Assembly (NCBI GenBank): GCA_047967505.1
Contig: CM106538.1
Source of the DNA: Dipteris shenzhenensis
Lineage: Eukaryota
Length of the DNA stretch: 64,000 bases
Strand: one strand, 5' to 3'
Both the position numbers and the translations under genes were made by a program. Of the stretch, positions 26,990-39,653 are shown in pieces. Below the pieces are notes generated by a model. The model did no database searches. It saw only the letters and a list, made by a program, of their open reading frames with translations, and was not told the origin of the DNA. Every line of letters begins with the position of its first letter. Position 1 is the stretch's first letter.

Positions 26990-29900
26990 TTTTTTTCAAG
27001 AAAAGTACTTCATTAAGTATGAATTAAAACTGTAGAGCAAGCTCAAGTGCGGGAGTACATCATGTCAAGCATGAGAAAAAACAGCTCAGAATGAGCAAAC
27101 AAAAATCCTGGGTGGCGGCTGAAAATGCCACCTCATCCCTGAAGGAGAGTCAAAGAAGAAAGGACAATCCTTCTAGACTTTGAGAAAAGCAACCCTCCTA
27201 GCAGTAGCAGTCCTGGAGGTTCCCTATATGTTCGCCCAAATGGCCATCAAAGTGTATATAGTATCTGCCCAGATACTAGCCATAGTCTGAAAGGGTGAAC
27301 CTGGGAGTCCAACAAAGCCTCTGTACATCTGGCTCTCCAAATATGCCATGCTATGATACTAGCCAGAATCTCCCAAGATGTGTCTACAGAAGCATGGGGA
27401 GCTCTGAATGGAGTAAACGGAACATCTCGGACGGAGCATGACTCCACAAGATGTCGTCGAACAAAGAAAGCTATGTCTATGTCATGTCCCTCAAAGAAAG
27501 CCTGTGGACCAGTGAGTGACAACCAAGCAACTGATCCCCAAGTCATGAAGAAGGGTGCTCTATGAAAAGTGCAAAATATCCTAGCAACACCCTTCCAAAC
27601 CGTCCTCGCCTGAGTGCACTCCCAAAGGCAGTGCTGCACTGACTCAACTGCTGAGTGGCATCGAGGACATGTAGGGCCAGCGCCAAACCTGGATCTCCAA
27701 AGGTTCATTGCAATCCCTCCATGAATAGTAAGCCAGATGAATAACGTGATTTTCCTATTCCTAAGGGATTTCCAAAGCCTCCTCCAAAAGTTTTTTTGCA
27801 TCTCTGCAGAAATTTGAAAAGTATCCCAATGAGGAGCTCTAGAGGGCCTCCAGCCCCTACAACTGAGCTGGAATCTCCTAGCATTTTTGACCGTGTAACG
27901 TAAGAAAGGAATGCTCTTTTCTCGGTGCCCTGCAACTATCCACTCCCATTCCCCTGGATCCCACTGCAAGGATCTAATAGGGGAATCTCACAACTACCCT
28001 TATGAAGGGTAGTAAGAGCAGTCCTTAACTCTATGTTGGTGAAGCGTACATCAAGTGAGGCTCTCATACCCCTATCCACCAACATAGGAATATGCTGCCA
28101 AATAACCTGTCTAGCATCATCTCTCGCCTATGAATCACGATCTGCAGTCAGAAGGGAGGCATACTAATCTGAAGCAATATGCATGACGGCATCTGGATGT
28201 GTCTAAAGTATCTCATCTGAGTCAACAAGCTATGAAACACTCTCTCTACTATGTCTAGGGCCGAGAGTAGAGAAGAATTTCTTGTTGACTCTATCTCCGA
28301 TCTGCGTCCCAAAAGACTCTCTCGTGGGAAAGGCATACTTTGCTCTCTGATCTAAAAGTGTCTGCTGATGAGCCCTTGCTGCAGCAAGGCACTCCTAAAT
28401 CCAAGCATCTGTAGGCCATTTCTGCTCTTCTCTCTGAAGAGCTGCCAGCTGCTGTCGAATGGCAATCTCTCTTCTACGAATCTCCTCTCTCCTAATACTA
28501 GCAATAGAATGATAAAAGCTGCTAATATTAGTGAGGGCTGCAGCCACATCTGACGGGGATGGCTGCCCACCCTGCAGGTGAGAATCCCAAATCCGTAGCA
28601 CTGCCTCTATGAGGCCCTCCTCTGCGCAGAGGGCATCTGGAATCCTGATACTGGCAGAGCAGCCTCTCACTCGAGGCTCTGAAACCACCAAAACAACCGG
28701 AAAATGATCTGAAGTGGAAACCCCTGCACTGATGCAAGCTGTCCCACCTCTGTCCAGTGCCCAATCTAAAAGAAAACAATACAACGTCTGTGCTCAACAG
28801 ATAACAGGATCTCGTATGCAAGAGAGAAAAGCAGATAGTATGGAGAATCAAAAATTTAATTACTGTAAAACTGATACAATAGATGGCACTGCCTCCCAAC
28901 CGTGCGCTCTTGTGTGAGAAGCTTTGATGGCGTGCTGGAAACAGTAGAGGACGGAGGCTGGATGCTAAGGAATCAGGGTTGCTGTAGCCAGTGATGATAA
29001 AGGGCTTCACGGGCTTGCTCTTATATAGCCACCAATTGTAGTCCGTTAGACCCAATTGGGAGACCGACCCAGTCAGCCCAAAACGGCCGACTGGAGGTCG
29101 GTCCCGAAATAGGCCACCGACCACACGTTAGAACCGTGGCACAGAATAGAGCAACTCACCTACGGTGTCCATTCGGCCCAGAGCCATCCGGGATCATCTG
29201 GGGCTCCAAACGGGCCCCGCAACCCAAGAGTGGGCTACCCCGAGAAATGCTCCGTCTACTCTCAGTGCGGTCAATCATGGGATGCCTTCCCGCACTTGCA
29301 TGTAGCCTAGTTGGCAGTGTGCCAACTCTATCTGAAGCCGTCCAGCCATCAGGCCACACATGGCTCCCATCTGGTGTCCAAACTAGGACCTACCGGATAA
29401 CCGAGCTACTCAAATGCCTTCTCCTCATATGGGGGGCTTACAAGTAGAGTTAGCTGGTTCTCACGTAGTTACACGAGAGTGGAGCATTGATATCTAACAC
29501 AATCATCCACATAAAATCTGTCAATCCGTGCATGGATAGGCATCCTTACTCTCCTGTTCGACCAAGAAAACAGAAGAGGAGTGAATGCCACCTTCCCTAC
29601 CCCCTCTTTTGTTTGAAGGCATTTCAATCATGTTGAAATCGCCCCCAATAATCCAAGAATCTGCAATATGTGACCAAGAAAGCAACTCCTTCCAAAGGAG
29701 GACACGATCCCCTCTCAAGTTGGGTGCATAAAGGTTAAGGAGGCCAACCTTACGCCTGCCAATCATCAAAATAACCCATTGTGCTCTAGAGGGGATCGAA
29801 GAAGAGAGAGATGCAAATACCTCCCCTGGTGCCCAAGGTAGGTGACCAAAAAGTATGGCCAGAAAGAAGCTTACCTAACTTGGCACAATCTCTACCATCT

Positions 29901-30688
29901 AGCTTATGTTCTTGGAGCATAAGGATATCAATGGGACCACCTGAAATACCTGGATGGAGTGGGTTACCAATCAGCTGCCTACGGCGATGAGATATACCAC
30001 CGTTCCAACTAACAATCCTCATTGACGGAAGGAGGAGGCCGGGTGAAAGGTCCTACCCGACCTAGTGATGGAGAAAATCCTCTCCTATGAAAGAGTCCTC
30101 CTGTCAAGTGGAGGGAAATCAACTGGTGAAAGAAAACCCACTCCAGCAAAGGTGGAAACCTTGTCCAACGGAATCCCAATAACTGGCTCCCCCAAGGTAG
30201 AGGGTACAAACTCCTCTTCTGTCTCAAACTCTACCAAATCTGCCAGTACTGCAAAAGAGCTCCTATAGGCGAGAACTGGCATAGGAGTGCGAAGAATCCC
30301 TGCACTCGAGGGAGAAGGAGAAAAAACCCCCTTACCTCTATCAAGAGGTGAAGTGTGACTAACAGAGGGAGAGGGCTAATTAGGCACATCAATGATAGGA
30401 TCTGAAGAAATGGGTTGCCCCTCCTGATCAGCAGGTGGGGGGACTGGGAAACCACATCTACGCCTGCAGTAATATCACCTGCCTGGTAGGGAGGGAGGGT
30501 AGCGGGAGAGGAAGCAAGGGGGGACAGCAGTGGGAGGAGGGGGCAGCAGCCCGGGAGGAGGGGCTGGCAGGGAGAGGAGAAGGGAGGGGAAGGGAAGGGC
30601 TGGGAGGGAGGGGACAGGGGTGCAGGACGGAGGGCACCAGAAAGAGAGAGGACGGGGAGCTTAGCAGCTCCACCCCTAGCCATGAATG
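26990..30688 (-). mobile_element. L1-clade LINE relic (copy 2), RT deleted, inserted into a Gypsy RT
   Basis: Poly(T) at 26988-26996. TSD attatc(g/a)tgcatt at 26977-26989 / 30691-30703. Endonuclease motifs MRIVSWN, LQEHKL, NLYAPN, GGDFN, RIDRFY and SDHFPV. C-terminal CPRC...HCLWEC. Similar to LINE copy 1. Confidence 0.92.
28767..29499. mobile_element. Solo LTR (733 bp) inside the LINE endonuclease
   Basis: 5-bp TSD CAATC (28762-28766 / 29500-29504). One end reads ...taaca; the other is degenerate TA. Removal restores RIDRFYVDDW-ALDRGG. Confidence 0.8.
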
Positions 30689-31163
30689 CGATTATCATGC
30701 ATTGAATAAGATGACCATCAAAAATAGATTTCCGATACCACGCATAGATGATGTGCTTGACCAGCTCAAAGGAGCAACAGTTTTCAGCAAGATAGACTTG
30801 AAGAGTGGTTACCATCAAGTCAGAATACAACCACAAGATGTGCAAAAGACAGCTTTTCGCACTACATTTGGGTTGTATGAATACTTAGTGATGCCTTTTG
30901 GGTTGACAAATGCTCCAGCCACATTCAATAGAATGATGGATCGCATCTTCCGAAAGTACAGGCACTTCACGGGTACTTTCTTTGATGATATCCTAGTCTT
31001 TTCAAAGACAGAAGAAGAGCACAGGGAACTTCTTGCTTTAGTATTTCAAGAACTTCGAAATCATCAGCTTTTTGCCAATAGCAAGAAAAGTGAAATCTTT
31101 TTGAAAGAGATCCATTATCTGGGGCACATAATATCCAAGAATGGGATACAGATGGATCCCTAG
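30689..31163 (+). pseudogene. Gypsy RT core, continuation of 26040-26989
   Basis: [21 protein letters not shown]...[10 protein letters not shown]...MPFGLTNAP...FFDDILVFS. Confidence 0.92.
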
Positions 31164-31714
31164 AGTTACCCATCCGTAAACCGATCTACGCTACACCCCT
31201 TGGATAAGCTCTCCTTGGTCGAATACCTCAAGGGCGAGTGCCTAAGAAACTGAGATGCAGACACCTCTGCTCCTATCTATTGCAAGGGACCACACCTAAG
31301 GGCCTCTCCCTGGGAGGAAACGGCACCGGCTTCGTATATTCACTGCTGAAAACATGTGCTCCTGAATTTATCACACCCATCCTCCACAACTCTTGATGAA
31401 GTATCATATGCTATGGTTGTGGCTACGCATGATCATGGAGTCCATGCACATTTCAACTCACTCATGGTCTAGCTCATGAGGACGAGGGACAGTTGGAGAA
31501 CAAGGCCCTTCTATGGGTGGGAACCTGTATGACGACTGTGGATTTCTATGATTTCGGTAGGGGTTTGGAAGGGGAGTAGTCTATGTTAAAAAAGAGAGTG
31601 GGAGAGGTTCCTTGCTTAGGCTAACACTTCCCGCATCCAGCACAAGCCAGACACAAAAAGATAGTGCCCAAGAATCACACAGTGGTAGATTCAAATCCAA
31701 CTTCACTTCCATGA

Positions 31715-34410
31715 TTGTTTCTCGACCCAGGATTCTGTTCGTTTGCACCTTGCATTATCTTTCCTCTCTAAAACAAAACAACACCCTCGATTAGTGAGTG
31801 ACTTGGTTGCAAAAAATGTTTTAAACAAGAAACATGAAACATTGGGTGCACCTACAACCCTACAGTAATTCTAATCAATAGGCTACCTTGCCTATCTTTT
31901 GAGAAGTAACCAGGCCCACAATATCGGGGTGATAACTTAGCACACTCTCCTACAATCAAAGACTTAGATTATGAAGGAACTCTGAGAAATGTTTTTCCTC
32001 GTTTCTCAAACTCTCTGAAAGATCTATTTTCATCCACATACGTCTTAGCTCTATCCATAGCTTGGCGGATGTTAGCTCTCGCAATTGCTAGCATTTGTCG
32101 CATCTGAACAACATAGTTTGCGGCACTAGGCACTTTCTAAGATATTCTAACCGTAGTTGGATTTGCTGGTCTATAACCATATTTCGACTCGAACGGACTC
32201 ATTTCTCTAGATGAATGTTTTCTATCATTATAGACAAACCCCAACAATGACATCCACTTATTCCATGTATGTTGCCTCAATGACACACCTCTCTCAACAT
32301 ATCTTCTAAAATCGACTCCCTCTGTCTGACCATCCATTGCAGAATGATCCCCACTACTCATTCCCAACTCAGTCCTTAGTGCCTCAAACACTGCAGTCTA
32401 AACATGATTAGTAAATTTAGCATCCCCGTCTAACACTGTGGATCTGGGTAAACCCATGTAGACGAAACATATGACTAATAAACAAATCCACCACTTGAGG
32501 GGCACTAATAGACTTTCTACTTGGAATGAACTAAGCCATCTTGGTAAGACGGTCGACTAGCACAAGATAGAATCATACCCCCTGTGTCTAGGAAGATCAA
32601 CAATAAAGTCCATGGAAATGCTCTCCAATCTACCTGATGGTATCTCCAAGGGCTATAAAAGGCCAGGTGGCTTCACCCGCTCTACCTGACTCACTTGACC
32701 AACGAAACATTATGTCACAATATTCATGAATATGTTTTTTCATCGTTGGCCAAAAGAAATCTCATTTCACGAGATCATATGTCTTCTCGACACTTGGACA
32801 TCCGCACATGGGCTATAATGGCACTGCCAAATGACCCTCTACTTGAGATCATTCTAACTAGCTACGACTACCTTCCCATTATGTTTTAGCATACCATCCA
32901 CTATGGTATATCTTGCATAAAGTTAGCCTTTTTGAGATGCCAGGTCATCTATTTTCTCAGGTTTAATCACGCTAGCTTTAGGCCAAAGGCTCGAAACAAA
33001 CTCATCCATTTTCTCAATTTCTCTAATCTTAGTCATTAGAGCACTCTCTACCACCATGAAATTTATATTGTGCATAATGTGCGATAATGCATCAACCACC
33101 TGATTCTCTTTTCCTCTTCGATACCAAATCTTCACATTAAACTCATGGATGAGCTCTGCTTACCTAGCTTAGCAACCGATCAAGTCAGGTTGTTTACAAT
33201 AAGTTTTCAGAGTATCGAGATCTACATCCACGTAAAACTTTAAACCATACATGTAATGCCTCCATGCTTTCAAAGATGAACACTGAGAGGGAGAAAGCCT
33301 TGTTGCTTTCAAAGGCTACAGGTCTTCCCTCTTAGAGAAAACAGCCCCTACAGCAATGCCACTTGCTCCGATTTCTAAGAAAGACGGGATCAATAATTTT
33401 TAACACCAAACCAAGGCAAATGGCTTCTTGGTTTAAAACTCTCTTGTTGATTCTGTCCCCACATGAAAGGTACTTTATCTGAGGCCAGCTCAGTCAAAGG
33501 CGATACTACCTCAGAATATCCTTTGATATGCCTTCGATAAAACTAGACAAATCCTACAAATGATTGCAACACAGTCAAATTCTGAGAAATTGGCCACACT
33601 AATATAGCGGCCACCACCTTCAAATCCACTTCAATCTCATCAGGAGTAATAATGAACCCCAAGTACTCCAGTTTAACCGTGCACACCACAGTTTTCTCTA
33701 TTTACAAATAGACTATCTTTTCTTAGAGTATTGAACACTTTTTCTAAGTGATCATGATGTTCAGCAATACTTTTGCTTTTTGTTTTCCTTCAATATCACA
33801 GTTGAAGCAAAAGGTAGAAACTAGGCTAAATCTCGCCCAGCTTGAGATATTCTTCTAGTTGTGTTTGCACCCCGGCTTCTTTAGGTTCTATCTCCAGGAT
33901 AAGTTCAATCTTGTGTTGAACATTCCGCTCTGTAGGTAACCCGTAAGGCAAATCATGCCTAAAACAACCAGAGAACTCCTCTACGATCTGATCAAACAAC
34001 TTGGCCATTTTTCCATCTTGGGTAGCGTTAGTGCTAGTCGTCAAGAGGGATAACCAATTGAGTCTACCAATGCCGTACAAAGAAATAAAAACTCTTTCAG
34101 AGTTTTTTCAACTTCCATCACGGAGACTAACGGTCCTTGAGGTAAATCCTTTTCACCCCACAGAACGTATTGCACATTGTTCATCTTGAACTGATAAATG
34201 TGCTTTTTCAAATCAATAGTTCGATCCTTCTAAAAATACCATGCCTTTCCCACGGCTATATCTGCATGAGCAAGCCTAGTCAATCCAAGGTCCTGCTTCC
34301 CCGCATAGTCCTGAATACGAAGTTTTAACTGGGTAACCCTTGGGTCCCATACTTAATATAACTTCCATCTGCCATTCTAACTTTACACACTTAGTTAGGG
34401 GAACTAGTTT
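31715..34410 (-). mobile_element. Second, more decayed copy of the minus-strand Gypsy family (PR, partial RT, RNase H, INT)
   Basis: Collinear nucleotide similarity to 21940-25125, with many stops and a deletion of the RT core. Confidence 0.85.
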
Positions 34411-35059
34411 TTAGTTTCAGCCTCTTCACGAGCCTAGACTTAATTACATTGTATGTTGGCGCTAAGGCAAAATGTTAGCTACTTAGCCCTAGTATGGCCT
34501 TGTAGGCTAGTTAGTACATTTGGTCCTAGTCTTGGTCAACCAATTGACTTTGGTCAAACACTGGACTTTGGGGCCATATAGTGGCCACTCTTGCACTTTC
34601 TTCATTATCCATTTGCAAGTACTTCGAGTTCTCTCGTTGTTGTTTGCTCTTGCATTCCATTTTCACTCCATTGCTTCCCGCACCCAACAATGGTAACAGA
34701 GCGAGTTCTTGCTCATACGCGTAGGACAATCGCCATATGACAACCTAGCCTCATTCGTCATTCATCTATACAGTCTACGGTGACCTATTCGTACATTGTA
34801 CGGCAGTCCATCATATAAACATCTGCAAGCGCACAGTTTTCTACCGATAGCCCAATTTACATCCATACAGATTTGCCATTTGGAGATTTGCTAGACATGT
34901 CCTCTGTACAACCTCTGTTTTTCAATCGTACAACGTGTCATTTGTACAACCTATGTTGTTCAACCGTACAACTCTGAAATTCATTTGTACGGACTGACAA
35001 ATCATCCATACGATTGTCAGAAATTGGCTGTACAAGAAAGGGTCATCTACCACCGTTGA

Positions 35060-36790
35060 CTGCTCCGAGGGGGCTACGTGCTGAGCCAGGAGAGGGTCAA
35101 ACTGGAGCTGAGAGGAGGGGGCCAAAGCTGCGTCATTGCCCCCCAACTTAGGCACCGAGGAAGGTCAAGACTCCAAGAGGGGTGGGCAGGATGAGGAAGA
35201 GGGAGGGCCCACTACAGTAGAGGGAGGGGGGAGAGCAAAGATGAGGAAGGTGGAGATCGGTGGCGAGAGTGGCTGCATCAAAGGGGTGAGTGGAGGGAGG
35301 AAGCCAAGGGAGGCGCAGGGGGATATCGGTGAGGGGGGATGTGAACGGAAGAGGCAGGGAGACAGTATCTCATGTGTCCTGCCTTTGAGCAGTTGCATGA
35401 GTATTGCCTCAAGCGCATCTGCTAGGAGGTCTAAGAAGATCTCACCTGATAGGGCCATCCTAAAGGACCTTCGTTTGCCTACTTCCCCTCAGAGAGGGAA
35501 GCCCACCCTACCATCGCTGCTTGTCAAAGTCAAGCACGTCACCTAAAATTCTTCGTGGTCCTCCTACCAAGCTACTTCTTTTCCACCCAGGCTGGTCCAA
35601 ACCCCCTCGGAGGGCTCCACCTCAGGGGGCTCCACTTCGGGGGTCTTGGACTCCTAGTGCTGCCTAGAAGGGTGTTGAGCTATTCCTTACGAAACTCTCC
35701 TCCTACCGTTGGAGGGGCTAAGGGGGAGGGTGTGGCCAACACCCCAACCTATACCCCTGGGATAAGCCCACGCTAGGTGGCCCATCTATCAACAGCAAAG
35801 TCGCTGACCCAAGAGGCCAAAAATCTCAACCCTCTTCGAAACTCTCCCTGGTCAAAAATCTCGAGGAAGATCTCTTCCGAAAGAGACTCCGGATCCTCTA
35901 CTATCATCGTGAGTCGAGGGACCCCATCATCTACTACCATCAAGGCTGTTGTAGTCGACGGAGACTCTTAACACTATGACGAAATAACCTCGGATAGATA
36001 AGATGATACTCCTTTGGAAGCCTCCAGAAGCAGAGCGGCATCGAGAAGCATGGCACATGGTGAGTCGTATCCATTTCATCAAATGTGAATGCGTGGTACC
36101 AAGGAATGAGGAACACTAGGTAGGGGAGGAAAATAGGACTCTGCTCCGCCAAGGCCTTGGGTGGCATCGAGAAAACTCAAGCTAGAGAAGAAAGACTTCC
36201 CTCCCGTAGATGGTGACATCCTGAATGTGATTACCCTCTAATGCCAAGCCCGCCTCGGTCCAATCACGCACCTGGCTCCTTGTGGACATGAGACCAACAA
36301 TGCAGCCCACTAGTGCTTTGTCCTAAAGGGACTGAACTGCTGTCTTCAACTGCTACTTGTCTTATGAGGAAAGAAGAACCCGGACGGTTGTAGGAGTCAA
36401 GGAGCTGCCATAAGAGCCCCTCTAGCTAGACAAAAGGAAAGTCACCAACTAGAAAGCAAACCCCAAGAAAACGAAACCAAAGAAATTCCCTTGCTAGCTC
36501 AGGGAGGAGGGTGGAAAGGGGCGGGAAAGGGAATAAAAAGAAGTGAAGGAGAGCTCATGTGTGCAGCCTGAAAAAAGGAAAACGGAAAAGGGGGAAGCTG
36601 TGAGACAGCAGCACCCAGGAAAACCCCAACAGAAGAGCGGCAAAAAAATGCTCAAAGAACTCGGCCGAGGCCCCCAACCCAATGGCGCAGCCATCAACGG
36701 AAAGCTGCCTCAAGGACAAGGGCCGTGCTGGCAACAGCAGAGTGGGACAAACGCAGTGCCACCAAGAGATGAACTGCTATTTGGCCATTA
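35060..36790 (-). mobile_element. LINE 5' region / ORF1 relic
   Basis: LVGCIVGLMSTRSQVRDW resembles LIACIFGSYPSRSQ in ORF1 of LINE copy 1. C-rich low-complexity ORF1 tail. Many stops. Confidence 0.5.
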
Positions 36791-36897
36791 CGTCCTAACT
36801 CATGTTGGCCATTGGATCATGTAATGCTAATGCTAATGTGGCAGCAAGTGTGGAGGTTGGCCATGTGCCTATCCTAAAGCATTCATCAAGGTCATCT

Positions 36898-36945
36898 TGT
36901 GTGTGTGTGTGTGCGCGCGCTTGCATGCGTGCGTGCGTGATATGC

Positions 36946-36990
<45 letters not shown>
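36898..36990. repeat. (GT)n/(GA)n microsatellite
   Basis: Direct reading. Confidence 0.95.
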
Positions 36991-36994
<4 letters not shown>

Positions 36995-37317
36995 TACATA
37001 CACTTCATGTTCATATGCCTCTCTAGTAATCCACAGCTTGTGCTCTAGTTTGACAAAATATACAACACTTCACATCCATAGACAATCTCTACCATACAGC
37101 AAGACGTTTTATCGCTACATTGCTGGATACATTCATTTTCGTTTGCAAAGCCCCTAGCAAATTTCACCATGTTATAATATAACTTGTTCCCATGTCATTT
37201 GTGAACCCCTTGGCAAATCTATCCTCTTTCAAAATGACTTGTTCGTAATTACAGCCTCAAATAAAATTCTACAGAGAGAACTTTCTAAAGCCATCTCTCA
37301 TCCCCGGAACCCTCTTG

Positions 37318-37700
37318 CCAATAATCACGATATGAACATATTCCATTGCAATGTGATGATAACAAATTGCATCCCTCAAGATTGTTTCAAAGGACAATCT
37401 TACGCATTAAATGGTGTCCCAGAATTACATTCAGAGCAACCACAGATGTTCTTGGGTTGGGCCTAAAAGTATGGCCAGCTCCTCCCTATAATCCCAAACT
37501 TCAAAGGATGCCTTTTCTCTCTTCTTCACCCACATCATGAAGAAATTCAAATGTGTCAAGCACATATGTAGAGGACTCCATGCAGTTACTCAACCTCCGT
37601 AGCTTATACCCTCTTGTTGAATACATGAATTGTCTCTAGCAACAAAGTCATGACCAGATTATTGACCTTAATTTAACTGTGATCCAGAGCTTTCTTCCCA
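37318..37700 (-). pseudogene. Decayed E+/DYW cytidine-deaminase domain of the adjacent PPR gene
   Basis: Out-of-frame translation gives KKALDHS*IKVNN (PG box), HDFVARDNS, LRRLSNCMESSTYVLDTFEFLHDVGEEERKGIL, KNICGCSECN, ILRDAICYHH and NGICSYRDYW. The DYW codons are at 37318-37326. Confidence 0.85.
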
Positions 37701-39653
37701 CTTAGTATCAATCACTGCCTTTCTCACCTCCAACACGTCATTCGACCTACCTGCATTGGCATGGATGCTAGCTAGCAAAACATATGGTGAAGAACTCTTT
37801 GGATCTAACACAAACGCATAATTTGCAGCACGTGCTGCCCGCTTCACATCATTATGAATTCTGCAGGATGAAAGCAGACTCACCCATGCTGAAAGGACAT
37901 GTTCAAATGGCATACTGATGATGAGGTCCTCTGCCTCTTCCAATAGTCCTCTTCGCCCAAAAAGATCAACCATGCGCACACAATGTTCCACAGAGGCCTT
38001 TATACCATGGTCTCTATTCATAGATGCAAAGCATCTCATCCCATCAGTAACAAGACCTGTATGGCTGCATGCAGTGAGAACGCTGAGGAACGTGATCTCG
38101 TCTGGCTTGAAGCCTCCAGCTTTCATTTGACCAAACAGTTGAAGGGCCTCCTTGTCATGCCCATTCTGGGCACACGCAGCAATTATAGCATTCCAGGAGA
38201 CCACATTCCGGTATGGCATCTCTGCAAACAAGACCCTCGCATCATCTAGGCTCCCACACTTGCCATACAAATTGATAAGGGCTGTCCCCAAAACCACATC
38301 CAATTGCCATCCGTTGCAAGCAACAATGGCGTGGATCACCCGACCCTCTTCTAGGGCTGCTAGACTGGCACACGCATCCACACCACCAATGAAGGTGACC
38401 CTGTCTGGCTCAAAGCCCTCAGTCCGCATTTGACCAAGCAGCTGCAGTGCCTCCTCGCCATGCCTATTCTGGGCACAAGCAGTGATAATGGCATTCCAAC
38501 AGACTACATTCCACTGTGGCATCTCTGCAAATACTGCCATCGCATCGTCTAGCTTCTTGCACATGCCATACATATTGACGAGGGCTGTTCCCACAGCAAC
38601 CTCCAGTTCCCATCCCTTGCCAGCAAGGGTTGTGTGTATCATTCGACCCTCTTCTAGGGCTGCCACACTGGCGCACACATCAACAATTGAGATGAAGGTG
38701 ATCTTGTTTGGCTCAAAGTCTTTACCCTCCACATGACCAAACAGTTGCAGGGCCTCTTTGCCATGCCCATTCAGGGCAAACGCAGCAATCATGGCATTCC
38801 ATGAGACCACATCCCGCTGTGGCAAATCTATAAGCAGTACTCTCGCGTCATCTAGGCTCCCACACTTGCCGTACATATTGATAAGGGCTGTACCCACAAC
38901 AACATCCGACTCCAAACCATTGCCAGCAATACTCGCATGGATCACTCGCCCCTCTTCAAGGGCTGCAATACTAGCACACGCATCCATTACACAGATGAAG
39001 GTGACCTTGTTTGGCTCGAAACCTTCAGCCTGCATTTGCCTAAACACTTCCAGAGCCTCCTTGCCATGTCCATTCTGGGCACAAGCTGCAGTCATGGCAT
39101 TCCAGGAGACGACATCCCGCTGTGGCATCTCTGCAAACAATGCCCTCGCATCATCCAAGCTACCGTTCTGGGCAGATGCTGTGATCATAGTATTCCACGA
39201 GTACAAATCCCGATAGACTATTTTGTCAAACACAGCCCGGGCATTCTGTAGGCTCCCACACTTGCCATACATTTGGACGAGAAGGTTACTCAAAAATCTA
39301 TTGCCAGCATGCCCATACCTGCTCATGTGCTCATGCACACGTTTGCCCTCAGACAGGGCCTTGGCAATGGTGCAACGCTTCAAAAGCGAGGCATAGGTAG
39401 CATGATCTGTCTCTGGACCTAGTTGCCCGAGGATTTCTACAGTGAACGTGTTGTGAGACCCACAGTTTTCATTTGTATGGTGGTGTCTGTCCAATTTCGG
39501 TGTAGGACAGGTCTTGTTTAGCAACCCTTCAGCAAACGACCGCAGGAGGTTGCTCTTGTGCTTATCCCAACCCAGAGGGTCCGACCTCTCCAAGGATAGG
39601 GGCGGTTCAATCGCAAGAGAAGGCACGCTCGATGCGGAGAGAAAGAGCGCCAT
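37668..39653 (-). CDS. PLS-class pentatricopeptide repeat protein with E domain (organellar RNA-editing factor family), 661 aa, intronless
   Basis: Repeated P-L-S motifs (ALINMYGKCGSLDDAR, DVVSWNAMIAA, EPNKVTFI). Terminal TFLSVLTACSHTGLV...MVDLFGRRGLLEEAE...WVSLLSSCRIH...YVLLASI. S-rich N-terminus is a possible transit peptide. Confidence 0.95.
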   Translation of the reverse strand: MALFLSASSVPSLAIEPPLSLERSDPLGWDKHKSNLLRSFAEGLLNKTCPTPKLDRHHHTNENCGSHNTFTVEILGQLGPETDHATYASLLKRCTIAKALSEGKRVHEHMSRYGHAGNRFLSNLLVQMYGKCGSLQNARAVFDKIVYRDLYSWNTMITASAQNGSLDDARALFAEMPQRDVVSWNAMTAACAQNGHGKEALEVFRQMQAEGFEPNKVTFICVMDACASIAALEEGRVIHASIAGNGLESDVVVGTALINMYGKCGSLDDARVLLIDLPQRDVVSWNAMIAAFALNGHGKEALQLFGHVEGKDFEPNKITFISIVDVCASVAALEEGRMIHTTLAGKGWELEVAVGTALVNMYGMCKKLDDAMAVFAEMPQWNVVCWNAIITACAQNRHGEEALQLLGQMRTEGFEPDRVTFIGGVDACASLAALEEGRVIHAIVACNGWQLDVVLGTALINLYGKCGSLDDARVLFAEMPYRNVVSWNAIIAACAQNGHDKEALQLFGQMKAGGFKPDEITFLSVLTACSHTGLVTDGMRCFASMNRDHGIKASVEHCVRMVDLFGRRGLLEEAEDLIISMPFEHVLSAWVSLLSSCRIHNDVKRAARAANYAFVLDPKSSSPYVLLASIHANAGRSNDVLEVRKAVIDTKWEESSGSQLN

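Noticed and set aside
30435-31163. 242-aa ORF as a novel RT fusion protein
   Set aside because: Chance read-through from the antisense LINE 5' end across the TSD into the Gypsy RT.
31165-31640. 3' LTR of the second minus-strand Gypsy copy
   Set aside because: It has a CA end and a purine-tract-like neighbour, but no visible similarity to the LTR at 21365-21790 and no TSD.
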